A DNA stretch of 59,819 nt. Source: a virus (lineage: Duplodnaviria > Caudoviricetes). Below the pieces are notes generated by a model. That model was not told the origin of the DNA. It did no database searches and saw only the letters and a list, made by a program, of their open reading frames with translations. Positions 8,888 to 18,743 of the stretch are shown piece after piece. The stretch lies in IMG/VR virus record IMGVR_UViG_3300033149_006677, positions 1-59,819 of that record; one strand, 5' to 3'. Position numbers and translations under genes: made by a program. The first letter of the stretch is position 1; each line of letters begins with the position of its first letter.

Positions 8888-9171
8888 TGAGTAAAATAGA
8901 TAGGGAAATAAAATCTATGATGGATGTTTACCATCCACGCATAGTTACATATAAAGAGCTGAGAAGGAAGCTTCTCCCTCTCTGCCACGGATTTAAGTGG
9001 GGAGAGGACACGATTCGGGATTTGTGGCTTATGGGAGCTCCGGTCCCGAATCCTGGGGGAAAAGAGGAAGCGCGGATCTTACTTCCGTCTCAGTTTAAAA
9101 AGTGGTTTGACGATGTTGCCTACCGAGTAGGAAAGGCCATCGAAAATATAATGAATATAGAGGAAGGCTAA
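8887..9171 (+). CDS. Hypothetical protein
   Basis: Translationally coupled ORF. Confidence 0.6.
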   Translation: MSKIDREIKSMMDVYHPRIVTYKELRRKLLPLCHGFKWGEDTIRDLWLMGAPVPNPGGKEEARILLPSQFKKWFDDVAYRVGKAIENIMNIEEG

Positions 9172-9172
9172 G

Positions 9173-9871
9173 ATGACTGACAAAGAGAACGCGACGCCGG
9201 CGGAAATGGGCGATAGTGAAGAGCAGTCACAAGAAAATACCGTTACTACGCAGGACGCCAGCGGAAAAATGGCGGATGCTACAGTAGCTGAAGATGCCGT
9301 TAACGAGCAAGAGACGCAAGATCAGAATGATCCTGCATGGCTTAAGAAGCGACTTGAGCGTGAGCGGCGAAAGCTGGAGCGTAAGCTCAAAGAACAGTAT
9401 GGAGATTACGACCAGCTGAAGAAGGCGGCTGAAGAGCTGCAAAAGATTAAGGATGCTCAAAAGACGGAACAAGAACGTCTACAAGAGCAATTGGCAAAGA
9501 CACAGGCACGTCTCGCTGAGCTTGAACAGCAAGCAACAGAGCGCGCAATTCAAATGGCGGTTATGCAGGCTGCACAAAAAGCAGGCATGATTCGCCCAGA
9601 GTTAGCCTATAAACTGGTTGATCTTACTGCGCTTACTGTAACAGAAGATGGCGCAGTAGAAGGCGCAGAAGAGGCTATAGAAGAGGTTCTGGAGATGATG
9701 CCAGAGTTGCGCAAGAAAAAGGTGCCGACTGTTACTGCCGTTAATCCTTCTCAAGCGGCCAATCCGCCTTCGAAAACAGATGAAGATCGCATGCGGGAGT
9801 ACTTTGGTAACTCGCCTTCGTCTTTTTGGAATGGCAGTGGCGTTCGGATAGTCAAGGGACCACTGTCATAA
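9173..9871 (+). CDS. Capsid scaffolding protein
   Basis: Acidic N-terminus, coiled coil, RLERERRK...YGDYDQLK; precedes MCP. Confidence 0.8.
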   Translation: MTDKENATPAEMGDSEEQSQENTVTTQDASGKMADATVAEDAVNEQETQDQNDPAWLKKRLERERRKLERKLKEQYGDYDQLKKAAEELQKIKDAQKTEQERLQEQLAKTQARLAELEQQATERAIQMAVMQAAQKAGMIRPELAYKLVDLTALTVTEDGAVEGAEEAIEEVLEMMPELRKKKVPTVTAVNPSQAANPPSKTDEDRMREYFGNSPSSFWNGSGVRIVKGPLS

Positions 9872-9893
9872 AATGCTCTAAAGGAGAACTACT

Positions 9894-10742
9894 ATGGCTA
9901 TCTCTAAAGTAAGCGATCTCAATGATCTCTTTAACGAAATCTACGAAGATGCGCTTTTTGTGGCCCGTGAGGCCAATATCATGTCTGGTCTTGTTCAAAA
10001 CCTATCGGCGCGGGGCTGGATGGATCGCAAGGTTGGCATCTATCCTGAGGTAACTGCCGTCGCTGTTGGTGAAGCGGAGGATTTCACTTCTCCGACCACG
10101 TTTGACAAGACTCTTAACGCCACACTTTCGCCTGGCGAAGTGATGGCACAAATCTTGCTGAGCGACCGAAGGATTGATACTGATCCAGACAATGCTCGAC
10201 AAGATGCTGCTCGTGAGCTTGGCATGGCAATTGCTAAGAAAATCGATGTTGACTTGCTAGGCGATTTTTCCGACTTTACCACTGACAAAGGGCCTGGTGC
10301 TGGTGGGACGGCAACCATCGCAAAGTTTGCGACAGCGGTAACCGTTCTGCGGAACGAAAACGCTCCTAACCCCCTGTATATCGTGCTGCATCCATATCAG
10401 TGGCATGACATCTGGGTAGAGCTTGGTCAGCCCGCCGCCAACAAGGCACTTCTTGGCGATGTTGCCAACCGCGCATTGCGTGACTTCTTCGTTGGCGATT
10501 GGTTGAACTGCCAGTGGTTTGTCAGCTCTAACATCGAGGTTGATGATAGTGATGATGCCGTTGCTGGTGTCTTTAACCCGCAGGCGCTTGCACTGGATAC
10601 TCGCAAGCCTCCGACGTTGGAGATTGAGCGGGATGCGTCCAAGCGCGCGTATGAGCTGAACATGTCTGCCGGTTACGCTCATGGCGTGTGGCGAGACGAG
10701 TTTGGCGTCAAGTATACATCCGATGCCAGCGAGCCGAGCTGA
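9894..10742 (+). CDS. Major capsid protein
   Basis: 282 aa, ELGMAIAKKID, VLHPYQ, strong RBS; position. Confidence 0.85.
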   Translation: MAISKVSDLNDLFNEIYEDALFVAREANIMSGLVQNLSARGWMDRKVGIYPEVTAVAVGEAEDFTSPTTFDKTLNATLSPGEVMAQILLSDRRIDTDPDNARQDAARELGMAIAKKIDVDLLGDFSDFTTDKGPGAGGTATIAKFATAVTVLRNENAPNPLYIVLHPYQWHDIWVELGQPAANKALLGDVANRALRDFFVGDWLNCQWFVSSNIEVDDSDDAVAGVFNPQALALDTRKPPTLEIERDASKRAYELNMSAGYAHGVWRDEFGVKYTSDASEPS

Positions 10743-10757
10743 TAGGAGGTACTAACA

Positions 10758-11147
10758 ATGTTTCAAAGTGAAGTAAGGTTTCCGATCGTAGCGACTCTTG
10801 ATTACGATCCTGGTGCAGACGATGTTATCCCCCTGTGGAGATGCCCGTCTGATCTCGAAGGCGCGGTCATCAAGAGTGCTATGGCGGTTGTAGCAAACAG
10901 TGTGGCGGCAAGCACGACCAACTACTTTAGCCTGAATTTGCTAAACGGTGGCACGGCTGGCACCGCTACTACGGTAATCTCTAGCACAGTTGGCGGTACC
11001 GCTGGCTGGACTGGCCTCACCCCAAAATCGTTCACGATTTCGGCTGGCACGATCGCTGCTGGCGAAGTTGTATGTCTGAAATACAATGAGAATGGCACGG
11101 GCACATTCACTCAGCTTACCGTACAGCTGGATGTGGTATACAAGTAA
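10758..11147 (+). CDS. Capsid decoration/cement-like protein (Thr/Gly-rich)
   Basis: Follows MCP, beta-rich. Confidence 0.55.
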   Translation: MFQSEVRFPIVATLDYDPGADDVIPLWRCPSDLEGAVIKSAMAVVANSVAASTTNYFSLNLLNGGTAGTATTVISSTVGGTAGWTGLTPKSFTISAGTIAAGEVVCLKYNENGTGTFTQLTVQLDVVYK

Positions 11148-11151
11148 AGAA

Positions 11152-11183
11152 AACAGGCGGTAGATTATAATCTACCGCCTGTT
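11152..11183 (+). terminator. Perfect 32-bp palindrome (terminator or mRNA stabiliser after capsid genes)
   Basis: AACAGGCGGTAGATTA|TAATCTACCGCCTGTT. Confidence 0.6.
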
Positions 11184-11197
11184 ACAGGGAGAATACT

Positions 11198-11548
11198 ATG
11201 CGTACTTTTATGGAGTATCTGCAAAGATGGTTTCAAGGCGCCGAGACTCCTAATGTTGATGTTGCCTCGATCACTCTTCCCAGCGCCGTTTACAATGGGC
11301 AAAAAACTGTTACCACGGCGGGCACGGCGGAAGCGTTGGCATCTTCTCAAGAGCTAGTAAGTGGGGTAAGAATCAAGGCACTAAGTGGTAATGCAGGGAA
11401 TATCTATGTGGGCGATTCTAGTGTAGATTCTAGCAATGGGTTTGTGTTAGGTGCTGGTGAAGAGATATTCGTTGAGATAGACGATTTAGCGAAGGTATAC
11501 ATCGATGCTGATAACAACGGCGAGGGGGTAAGCTATCTTGGCTGCTAG
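11198..11548 (+). CDS. Virion structural protein
   Basis: IKAL..N.GNIYVG beta-sandwich pattern. Confidence 0.55.
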   Translation: MRTFMEYLQRWFQGAETPNVDVASITLPSAVYNGQKTVTTAGTAEALASSQELVSGVRIKALSGNAGNIYVGDSSVDSSNGFVLGAGEEIFVEIDDLAKVYIDADNNGEGVSYLGC

Positions 11549-12290
11549 ACACAGGCTCAGGCCAGCATGGAGAAGGCGCGCTGATGTCTCTGGTTTGTGG
11601 ACCCCGCGCAAGCTGGGCTCTGCGCTTAAACTGTGGCTCAGGGCTGACGGGGAAACATATCAGGATGATGCTGGTACTGTTCCTGCGGTTAACGACGGGG
11701 ATGTAGTTGGGTGCTGGAAGGATCAGAGTGGAAACGGGAATGATGCTGCTCAGGCAACGACGAGCAAGAAGCCATTACTGAAACTGGGGATCAGAAATGG
11801 AAAGCAAGCATTGCTGTTCGACGGCACCGATGATTACTTATGGGCCAATCTCATGCAATCATTATCGCAGCCGTTTAGCGTATTTGCCGTAGCCCAACTA
11901 CTAGTAGCTGGAGACGATACGGCAAAACATATCATTGGTGGCTCAACAACAGACGAGCTTTCTCTTGGACAGCATCCATCAAGCAACTGGTTTTGCAATG
12001 CAGGAACAACGCTTCAGGATGGAAGTGCTGACGAAAATTGGGATATCTGGTCTGTGCTTTTTAATGGGGTGAACTCTGAACTACGTATCAATGGTAACAA
12101 TGTGGCATCTGGGGATGCGGGAACAAATAATCCAGACGCAACTGCCATTGGCAGAATGGGACCCTTTTCGACTGGTTTTTGGGAGGGATATATAGCGGAG
12201 ATTATTATCTGCGATCCCAGCCCAACTAATAATGATCGAGACAAAGTAGAATCTTATCTAGCCAAGAAATACGGGATAACATTATCATGA
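11538..12290 (+). CDS. LamG/concanavalin-like fibre protein
   Basis: LWLRAD, WKDQSGNGNDA, FDGTDD, G.IAEIII motifs. Confidence 0.75.
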   Translation: MAARHRLRPAWRRRADVSGLWTPRKLGSALKLWLRADGETYQDDAGTVPAVNDGDVVGCWKDQSGNGNDAAQATTSKKPLLKLGIRNGKQALLFDGTDDYLWANLMQSLSQPFSVFAVAQLLVAGDDTAKHIIGGSTTDELSLGQHPSSNWFCNAGTTLQDGSADENWDIWSVLFNGVNSELRINGNNVASGDAGTNNPDATAIGRMGPFSTGFWEGYIAEIIICDPSPTNNDRDKVESYLAKKYGITLS

Positions 12291-12619
12291 CAGAATGGAT
12301 TTATCGTCTCTATGCTCTTTGCCCAATAGATGAAGAGGAAACCATCAACGCCTTGTGGGGTTTGATCGCCCCTGGTCCCATCGAGGCAGAAACACAAACC
12401 TTTGGCGTGCCGTTCTCTGCTGATGGCAGAGAGCCCGCCACATATCGAGGCATCTCCAGCGCAGCTACAGAAGAGATGATTGCTGTGCTCAAGGAGCTGG
12501 AGCCAGAGATGGCGGGGCTGGAATACCTTGTGCAGGACTATGACAAGATCGAGATCAGCTTCACAGATTGGATTGCTGGGCTTGGATTGAAGCAAATTAT
12601 CCCTGAGGAATTGGTATGA
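12287..12619 (+). CDS. Hypothetical protein (fibre-associated)
   Basis: Coupled ORF. Confidence 0.6.
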   Translation: MTEWIYRLYALCPIDEEETINALWGLIAPGPIEAETQTFGVPFSADGREPATYRGISSAATEEMIAVLKELEPEMAGLEYLVQDYDKIEISFTDWIAGLGLKQIIPEELV

Positions 12620-12807
12620 AAACGATCGTTATATTGATCAAAGACGACAAGACGGGCAAGACACGCAAGCGCTTCGTCGCTCTTGAAGATGGTTCTCCTG
12701 AATATGGGGACTTGGATCAGGAGCTGGACGCTAAGGACAAAGCTATCGTAAAAGCAGCTCTAGATGCTGTTGAGAAGCATGCCAAGAGAAAGAAGGAGAA
12801 AAAGTAA
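12616..12807 (+). CDS. Hypothetical protein
   Basis: Coupled ORF. Confidence 0.55.
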   Translation: MKTIVILIKDDKTGKTRKRFVALEDGSPEYGDLDQELDAKDKAIVKAALDAVEKHAKRKKEKK

Positions 12808-12983
12808 AAATGTGCTTTATTGGGCTCGCAATGTTTGGATGTCTGGTGATGTTGTTGATATTGATATGTTTTCTCGTCGATGCAGGCGTGTTTTTGCCCA
12901 AAAAGAGTAGTGATAGCGATGATGGCTTCCAGTATCGACGGTAGAGTTGATGGAATAGAACTATTCACAGAGGTATCAGTTTT

Positions 12984-13688
12984 ATGAAAATCTTAATCAC
13001 TGGCGCAGGCGGATTTTTTGGTTCCTGGTTAATTCCCAAGTTACGTGGACACAAAATCACCCAATATGATATTAAAGATGGGCATGACATCTTCGATGCG
13101 AAATGCTTATTAGAAAAAATGCAAGGACAGGACGCGGTTGTTCACCTAGCCGCTTATCCTAGCTATAGAACAGACATCTATCCGCAACTGTATACTCGTC
13201 TGAATATCATCGGGGTAGCCAAAGTCGTCGAGGCTATGTTGAAAACGGGAACGAAAAAGTTGGTTTACATCTCTAGCGGTTCGGTTTATGGCTTCGGACC
13301 AGAAAGGCCGATGGAAGGTTGGGTAACTCCACCGATTACAGAGGAACAATTTCCTACCAAAGAGCAATGGAAACTACTCGACGTTTATTCTGCCTCTAAG
13401 CTGGCTTGTGAAGCTTGGTTGAAAAACATACAAGATATTAATACCATTATTCTCAGGATAAATTGTATTGAGCCATATCATGAAGGCGCCAAAGACAGAG
13501 GGGATCATTGGGGATGGTGGTGCAGTCAGCGTTTGGCTGCGCGCGCAATCAGAGCCGCGCTTATCTATGATACAGATTATATGATAGTAAACGTCGGCGA
13601 AAAGAATCCCAATCTAGATACCACCAAGCTCAAAGAATTGCTCAGGGTGTTACGCAAACAAAGAAAGGATAACGAAGATGTTACGTAA
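12984..13688 (+). CDS. NAD-dependent epimerase/dehydratase (extended SDR)
   Basis: ILITGAGGFFG, VVHLAA, ISSGSVYG, YSASK. Confidence 0.9.
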   Translation: MKILITGAGGFFGSWLIPKLRGHKITQYDIKDGHDIFDAKCLLEKMQGQDAVVHLAAYPSYRTDIYPQLYTRLNIIGVAKVVEAMLKTGTKKLVYISSGSVYGFGPERPMEGWVTPPITEEQFPTKEQWKLLDVYSASKLACEAWLKNIQDINTIILRINCIEPYHEGAKDRGDHWGWWCSQRLAARAIRAALIYDTDYMIVNVGEKNPNLDTTKLKELLRVLRKQRKDNEDVT

Positions 13689-14958
13689 GGAATTTGGCAT
13701 AGGCCCGTTCTATCAGAGCTTTCCAGAGTCTGGTAACGCGGTACAGCCTATCAAAGAGCTCGAATCTCTTGGAATCCCTATTGTTGTTCGTTGTATGGAC
13801 ACGGATCGTATGTCGAGGAATCCGTTTCCTGGGCACATCGTGCATACTCGCCTGTGGCTTGAGCTAGATGCACATCGTAAGGGTGATGCCTTTGAACACT
13901 CTCTGATGGACCGAGGAGTAGAGGGCGCCAAGCAATACATTGAGTATTTGCGCCCACGTTACGAACGACTTTTGGCAATGGGCCTTGAGCATATTTCCGC
14001 TACGAATGAGCCACATCCACACGTCGTAGAGCAATTGCAAAGATACACCGATTTCGAATGCTATTGGGCCGAGCAAGTTGGAAGAATGGGTTTCAAGCCT
14101 TGGGTTTGGGATTGGGGAGTTGGCTGGCCCCCCGAAAATACCGAAGAGATCTGGGGCAAGGCGGTAGAAGTTGCGCGCCAATATGGCGGAGGGCTTTGTG
14201 TTCACGAATATGATGCCCCTACTTTGTTCTCCAACCTTGGTTACCACACATTGCGCCTTCAGATGTATGTTCCCAGGCTAGTAGAGCTAGGCTTCGTTTC
14301 TCCAGAAGACGATGGCTGGATTTTTATAGGTGAGTGCGGAATCGATGGTGGTGTTATCGACTGGCGCCATGATCCTGATTTTATAGGCATAACTCCCAAG
14401 AAGGGCTGGCGAGATTGGGCCAAGTCTTGGGCGTATGATGGCTCAGAGTATGGTTTGCCAAAGAAGACTTCGCTAACAGAGGAACTCTACTTTGCCATGC
14501 TCAAAAAGCTTTGGAATTACTACAAAGAATGGCCCGTACTTGGTGCGACAGTCTTTGTTACCCACCCGTTCAAAGATTGGCAGAGCTTTGACTACAATGC
14601 AAAGTTGATTCGCTTAACAGCCGACGAGTATATCAGAGTATATCTGGAACCAGAGGCGCCATCTGAGGATGAGCTCCCAGAGCACATCGCCAAAATTGCG
14701 CCGAGGATCATAGATTTTGCCCACGAGGTTGTATTACCGCTGAATGAAGAAGCAGCGCTTTTCCGCGCTGGATATGCAAGGGGATTAATGCCTGCCAGCG
14801 ACGAATATGGCTTTATCGACATAGACAAAGATGGCAACACGACTTGCGACATTGTTCTCCAAGTCTTTCGCACAAGGGACAATCCCTACAAGCTCTATAT
14901 CGGCATGTGCGATAGAGGTAAATGGGATAAAGTCTACTGGCTTGAGACTGATAACTAG
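13678..14958 (+). CDS. Clan GH-A-like glycoside hydrolase
   Basis: NEP acid/base motif, HEY, IFIGECG nucleophile motif. Confidence 0.6.
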   Translation: MLRKEFGIGPFYQSFPESGNAVQPIKELESLGIPIVVRCMDTDRMSRNPFPGHIVHTRLWLELDAHRKGDAFEHSLMDRGVEGAKQYIEYLRPRYERLLAMGLEHISATNEPHPHVVEQLQRYTDFECYWAEQVGRMGFKPWVWDWGVGWPPENTEEIWGKAVEVARQYGGGLCVHEYDAPTLFSNLGYHTLRLQMYVPRLVELGFVSPEDDGWIFIGECGIDGGVIDWRHDPDFIGITPKKGWRDWAKSWAYDGSEYGLPKKTSLTEELYFAMLKKLWNYYKEWPVLGATVFVTHPFKDWQSFDYNAKLIRLTADEYIRVYLEPEAPSEDELPEHIAKIAPRIIDFAHEVVLPLNEEAALFRAGYARGLMPASDEYGFIDIDKDGNTTCDIVLQVFRTRDNPYKLYIGMCDRGKWDKVYWLETDN

Positions 14959-14960
14959 GC

Positions 14961-14988
14961 TTTACAAATCGACAAAGCATGGTATAAT
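14961..14988 (+). promoter_or_regulatory. Internal sigma70 promoter
   Basis: TTTACA-N16-TATAAT with TG. Confidence 0.65.
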
Positions 14989-15018
14989 AGTATCACACAA
15001 TAACATATAAGGAGAGTT

Positions 15019-15804
15019 ATGCATCTCTGCATAAACCCTACTTGGAAGTGCCAGAACAATTGTATGCACTGCTGGTTAAACCACTCCATTCGTCAACGCC
15101 CCCAACTTCTGAATGCTAGCACCCGCCCCCTTGAAGACTGGATAAAGGCAATCAAGCGTACCAAGCCAGAGCTGGTAGACATCGCTGGAGGAGAGCCCCT
15201 GCTAGTTCCTTGGATTGCCGATCTAATTGCTAGCTGCCCAGAGACAAGATTTGGACTTAGCACAAATGCTTTGAGCATAGAGGGTGTTCGAAGACTAACC
15301 AAAAAGCGCTTGGCGAACCTAATATCTATCAATGCTAGCATTCACCCAGAGACGAGAAAGCGAAACTATGGCGCATTCTTTTTCTTGCAGGTTCGGCGCT
15401 TGGTAGACGCTGGTTATACAGTACATTGCAATGTCGTCGATTACGAAGATACCGTAAAAAGGGCCGAACATATTATCCAAAGGCTTAACCTACTCAAGGT
15501 GCCGGTAGTCGTTTCGCCATACGAAAACGTTAAAGAGCTGGCGAAGCTTTCTCCGATCAAGCTTCGCTGTAAGGCTGGACGGAATCATCTAGTTGTCGGC
15601 CCAGACGGGCTTGCATGGCCTTGTCTAACTACATTGCGTTCACCATATTGGGAAGAATATATCCTTGGCAATTGGCTAGATGATGATATTGACTTAAGCA
15701 AAGTCCCCAACCCATGCATGTTAAGATGTACAGACTACTTTGTCCTTATTGGCAAGCACCATGCTGGTGATATGTGGGGTGTAAAGCCAGAGCAAGTAAA
15801 ATGA
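15019..15804 (+). CDS. Radical SAM protein with SPASM/twitch-like C-terminus
   Basis: CQNNCMHC, GGEPLL, C.AG....V.PDG...PC. Confidence 0.9.
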   Translation: MHLCINPTWKCQNNCMHCWLNHSIRQRPQLLNASTRPLEDWIKAIKRTKPELVDIAGGEPLLVPWIADLIASCPETRFGLSTNALSIEGVRRLTKKRLANLISINASIHPETRKRNYGAFFFLQVRRLVDAGYTVHCNVVDYEDTVKRAEHIIQRLNLLKVPVVVSPYENVKELAKLSPIKLRCKAGRNHLVVGPDGLAWPCLTTLRSPYWEEYILGNWLDDDIDLSKVPNPCMLRCTDYFVLIGKHHAGDMWGVKPEQVK

Positions 15805-16343
15805 AAATAGACGGTAGATGCCTAACCATTCCCGAATTCATACAATATGTAGATAGTCTCACAAATATGAGCCCTCCGATTGCCATTTTTCTACATCACA
15901 CATGGAAACCTACTACACAGGGCTGGGGGGGAAAGCGCACAATTCGGGCTATGGCCAACTTCTATGAGCAAAAGATGGGCTGGGATGCTGGGCCACACGT
16001 CTTCGTGGCGCCAGATGGGATTTGGCTTTTTACCCCCTTGGATCGAGACGGCATAGGCGTCAAGGGACATAACAAATGGACCAAGCATATAGAAATGGTT
16101 GGTAACTATGATACCAAGTTACCTGAGGGCGCAATTCTTGAAAACACCATTGCTGTTCTTGGCTACCTACTATACAAATTTGGCCTACCAATGCAGAACC
16201 TATTATTCCACAGAGATTTTTCGTTCAAGACCTGTCCTGGAAAAATGGTAACAAAGGAGTGGATTTATCCAAAGGTCGGGCTTTGGATAGAGAAATATAT
16301 CACGGAGACGATAAAGAGGAAGATCGATGCGTATTCTGGCTAG
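15801..16343 (+). CDS. N-acetylmuramoyl-L-alanine amidase (Amidase_2)
   Basis: LHHT, GPH.FV, IEMVG, HRDF..KTCPG. Confidence 0.85.
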   Translation: MKIDGRCLTIPEFIQYVDSLTNMSPPIAIFLHHTWKPTTQGWGGKRTIRAMANFYEQKMGWDAGPHVFVAPDGIWLFTPLDRDGIGVKGHNKWTKHIEMVGNYDTKLPEGAILENTIAVLGYLLYKFGLPMQNLLFHRDFSFKTCPGKMVTKEWIYPKVGLWIEKYITETIKRKIDAYSG

Positions 16344-17499
16344 TTCAAATTCGATGCATGCGCCAACTGGATATGGCGTACAAATGAAAGGCTTGTTACC
16401 AAGGCTACAAAAAGCGGGTCATGATATTGCTATGTTCGCGTGGTATGGCCTCGACGGCGCTCCTATCAATGCGGGGAAGATAAAGATCTATCCAAAGGGG
16501 CGACATCCTTTTGGGGCAGACGTTATCGGGCTACATGCTAGAGATTGGCGCGCAGATGTAGTCCTTACGCTGCAAGATATTTGGCCATTGCCAGAGGGCT
16601 ATGGAGCACAATGTGGCGTTCCGTGGTTGGCCTGGTTTCCCGTAGATCATGAGCCAGCGCCGCCGAGAGTAGTCGCCAGGGCAAAGGAGGCTTCTTATCC
16701 CATTACATACAGCAAGTTTGGCTATGAGATGATGAAAGAAGCCGGCGTGGAGACAACGTATATCCCACACGGAATTGATACAGGCGTTTTCTGTCCTGGT
16801 GACAAGAAGGCTGCGAGGGATCGCCTTGGCTTGCCACATTCCGCGTTCATCATAGATATGGTCGCCGCCAATAAAGATGTTCCAAGCAGAAAGGCTTTGT
16901 GCGAGAACATTCAGGCATTCAAGATTTTTCACGAGAGGCATCCAGACTCTATCCTCTACTTACATACGAGCATGATGTCTCCAACTGGTATTAACCTGCT
17001 GGCGTTTCTAAAGAGAATTGGCTTGGGAGACGACGCTGTACGCTGTGTAGATCAATATCGTTATAACAGTGGGCAATTGTCGCAATACTACATGGCGCTT
17101 ATCTATCAGGCCAGCGACCTTCACCTCGGTGCTGCGATGGGAGAGGGCTTTGGTATTCCGATCTTAGAAGCACAGGCTTGTGGCACCCCCGTGATCACCA
17201 CTAACTTTACGGCAATGCCAGAGTTAACTTGGTACGGTATCGCGGTTGAGCCCCTGCAACTTTTCTATACGCCCCTGGATTCATTCCAAGCGTGGATAAG
17301 CATTGAGAATGTAGCTGAGGCACTAGAGACCATCTACTCTTGGGATCAAGATACGCACAAATCTCTTCGTGCGAAGGCACTTGAAAAGGCACGGGAGTAT
17401 GATTGGGACAAACTGATTGAGGAGTATTGGCTACCCTTCCTGCAACAGGTTGAAAATGAGCTTGGCGCAGGTCTCAGCATGGTAACGTTTGAAGGATGA
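16327..17499 (+). CDS. GT4 glycosyltransferase
   Basis: PTGYG, IPHGID, EGFGIPILEAQACG. Confidence 0.9.
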   Translation: MRILASSNSMHAPTGYGVQMKGLLPRLQKAGHDIAMFAWYGLDGAPINAGKIKIYPKGRHPFGADVIGLHARDWRADVVLTLQDIWPLPEGYGAQCGVPWLAWFPVDHEPAPPRVVARAKEASYPITYSKFGYEMMKEAGVETTYIPHGIDTGVFCPGDKKAARDRLGLPHSAFIIDMVAANKDVPSRKALCENIQAFKIFHERHPDSILYLHTSMMSPTGINLLAFLKRIGLGDDAVRCVDQYRYNSGQLSQYYMALIYQASDLHLGAAMGEGFGIPILEAQACGTPVITTNFTAMPELTWYGIAVEPLQLFYTPLDSFQAWISIENVAEALETIYSWDQDTHKSLRAKALEKAREYDWDKLIEEYWLPFLQQVENELGAGLSMVTFEG

Positions 17500-18743
17500 G
17501 AATAGCACTATATAACCCACCAGTTTTTCACTATACAGGCATACACTATGCGATTAATCCGCCGCTAGGGCTACCTATTCTTGGTTCGGTGTTGCGCAAT
17601 GCGGGCCACGAAGTGGAGATCGTAGACCTAGAGGCGTTAATGATTTCGCCACAGCGTTTAAGCATGCAATATGCCAAGCAAAAGGAGCGCTGGCCTGACG
17701 TTGTTGGATTTACCTGCCTATCACAGAACGTGCGTGGTGTTGCGGATGCGATCACAGCATTGCGATATGCTGGCTTCGACAGACCTATTATTGTAGGTGG
17801 GCCACATGCAACGTTGTTCCCTAAAGAGATTCTAGATATTGGTGCCGATATTGCCGTTCGTGGCGAATGTGAAGGAAATATCGTATCGATCATAGAGAAT
17901 CTTGAGGGGCCTATCATACAGGGGCAGAGAATGCCCATTGAGGATATTCCCGTCCCTCTTTGGGGAAGGCATATGCCAAAGCCAAACCAATACTCTGGCA
18001 ATCTCCCGAGGATAGATTTCCCAGAGGCGATCACTATGTGGTCGCGTGGTTGCCCACATCGCTGCATTTTCTGTGCTAATCCTGTATTCAGACGCCAAAA
18101 GATACGGCGTCGTCCTCCAGAAAACATCTTGGAGGAATTACAGGGGCTACGACGTTACAACATTCGTAGCCTTTTCGTTTACGATGATGAGCTTGTCGGC
18201 GGCGGAGGAGTGAGTTGGCTTTCCCAAGTATGCTATACCATTGCGCCACTAGGATACACTTGGAAATGCCAAGGACGCTGCTCTAAGCGCTTTGTAACGA
18301 AGGATCTACTACAGCAAATGTATGATGCTGGTTGCAGGGCGATAATGTGGGGCATAGAATCTTTTCACGAAGATATTTTACATAACATTCGCAAGGGGAC
18401 TACTGAGGAAGACATTTGGCATACATTACGTGCTGCCCACGAGGTTGGAATTGGCAATTGGGCTTTTCTGATGGTTGGAAACTACGGCGAAACAGAGAAG
18501 CATCTAGCTTATACAGAGAGGCAATTAACGAAAGCCGTCCGAGAGGGTCTTATCCAATGGCGACAGGTCACGGTATGCACACCCACTCCTGGCTCCGATC
18601 TATACACGATAGCACAGCAAGAAGGATGGTACACAAAGCCACCAGAAACTGGTCCACAGATGGCACAGGTATATTCGTCTACCCCTTGGCTTACCGCGAA
18701 ACAGATCAAAAAGTGGAAAATGAGGCTAGAAGCAGCAAGATGA
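17496..18743 (+). CDS. Cobalamin-dependent radical SAM enzyme (class B methyltransferase-like)
   Basis: PPLGL, VGGPHAT, SRGCPHRCIFC, GIES. Confidence 0.9.
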   Translation: MRIALYNPPVFHYTGIHYAINPPLGLPILGSVLRNAGHEVEIVDLEALMISPQRLSMQYAKQKERWPDVVGFTCLSQNVRGVADAITALRYAGFDRPIIVGGPHATLFPKEILDIGADIAVRGECEGNIVSIIENLEGPIIQGQRMPIEDIPVPLWGRHMPKPNQYSGNLPRIDFPEAITMWSRGCPHRCIFCANPVFRRQKIRRRPPENILEELQGLRRYNIRSLFVYDDELVGGGGVSWLSQVCYTIAPLGYTWKCQGRCSKRFVTKDLLQQMYDAGCRAIMWGIESFHEDILHNIRKGTTEEDIWHTLRAAHEVGIGNWAFLMVGNYGETEKHLAYTERQLTKAVREGLIQWRQVTVCTPTPGSDLYTIAQQEGWYTKPPETGPQMAQVYSSTPWLTAKQIKKWKMRLEAAR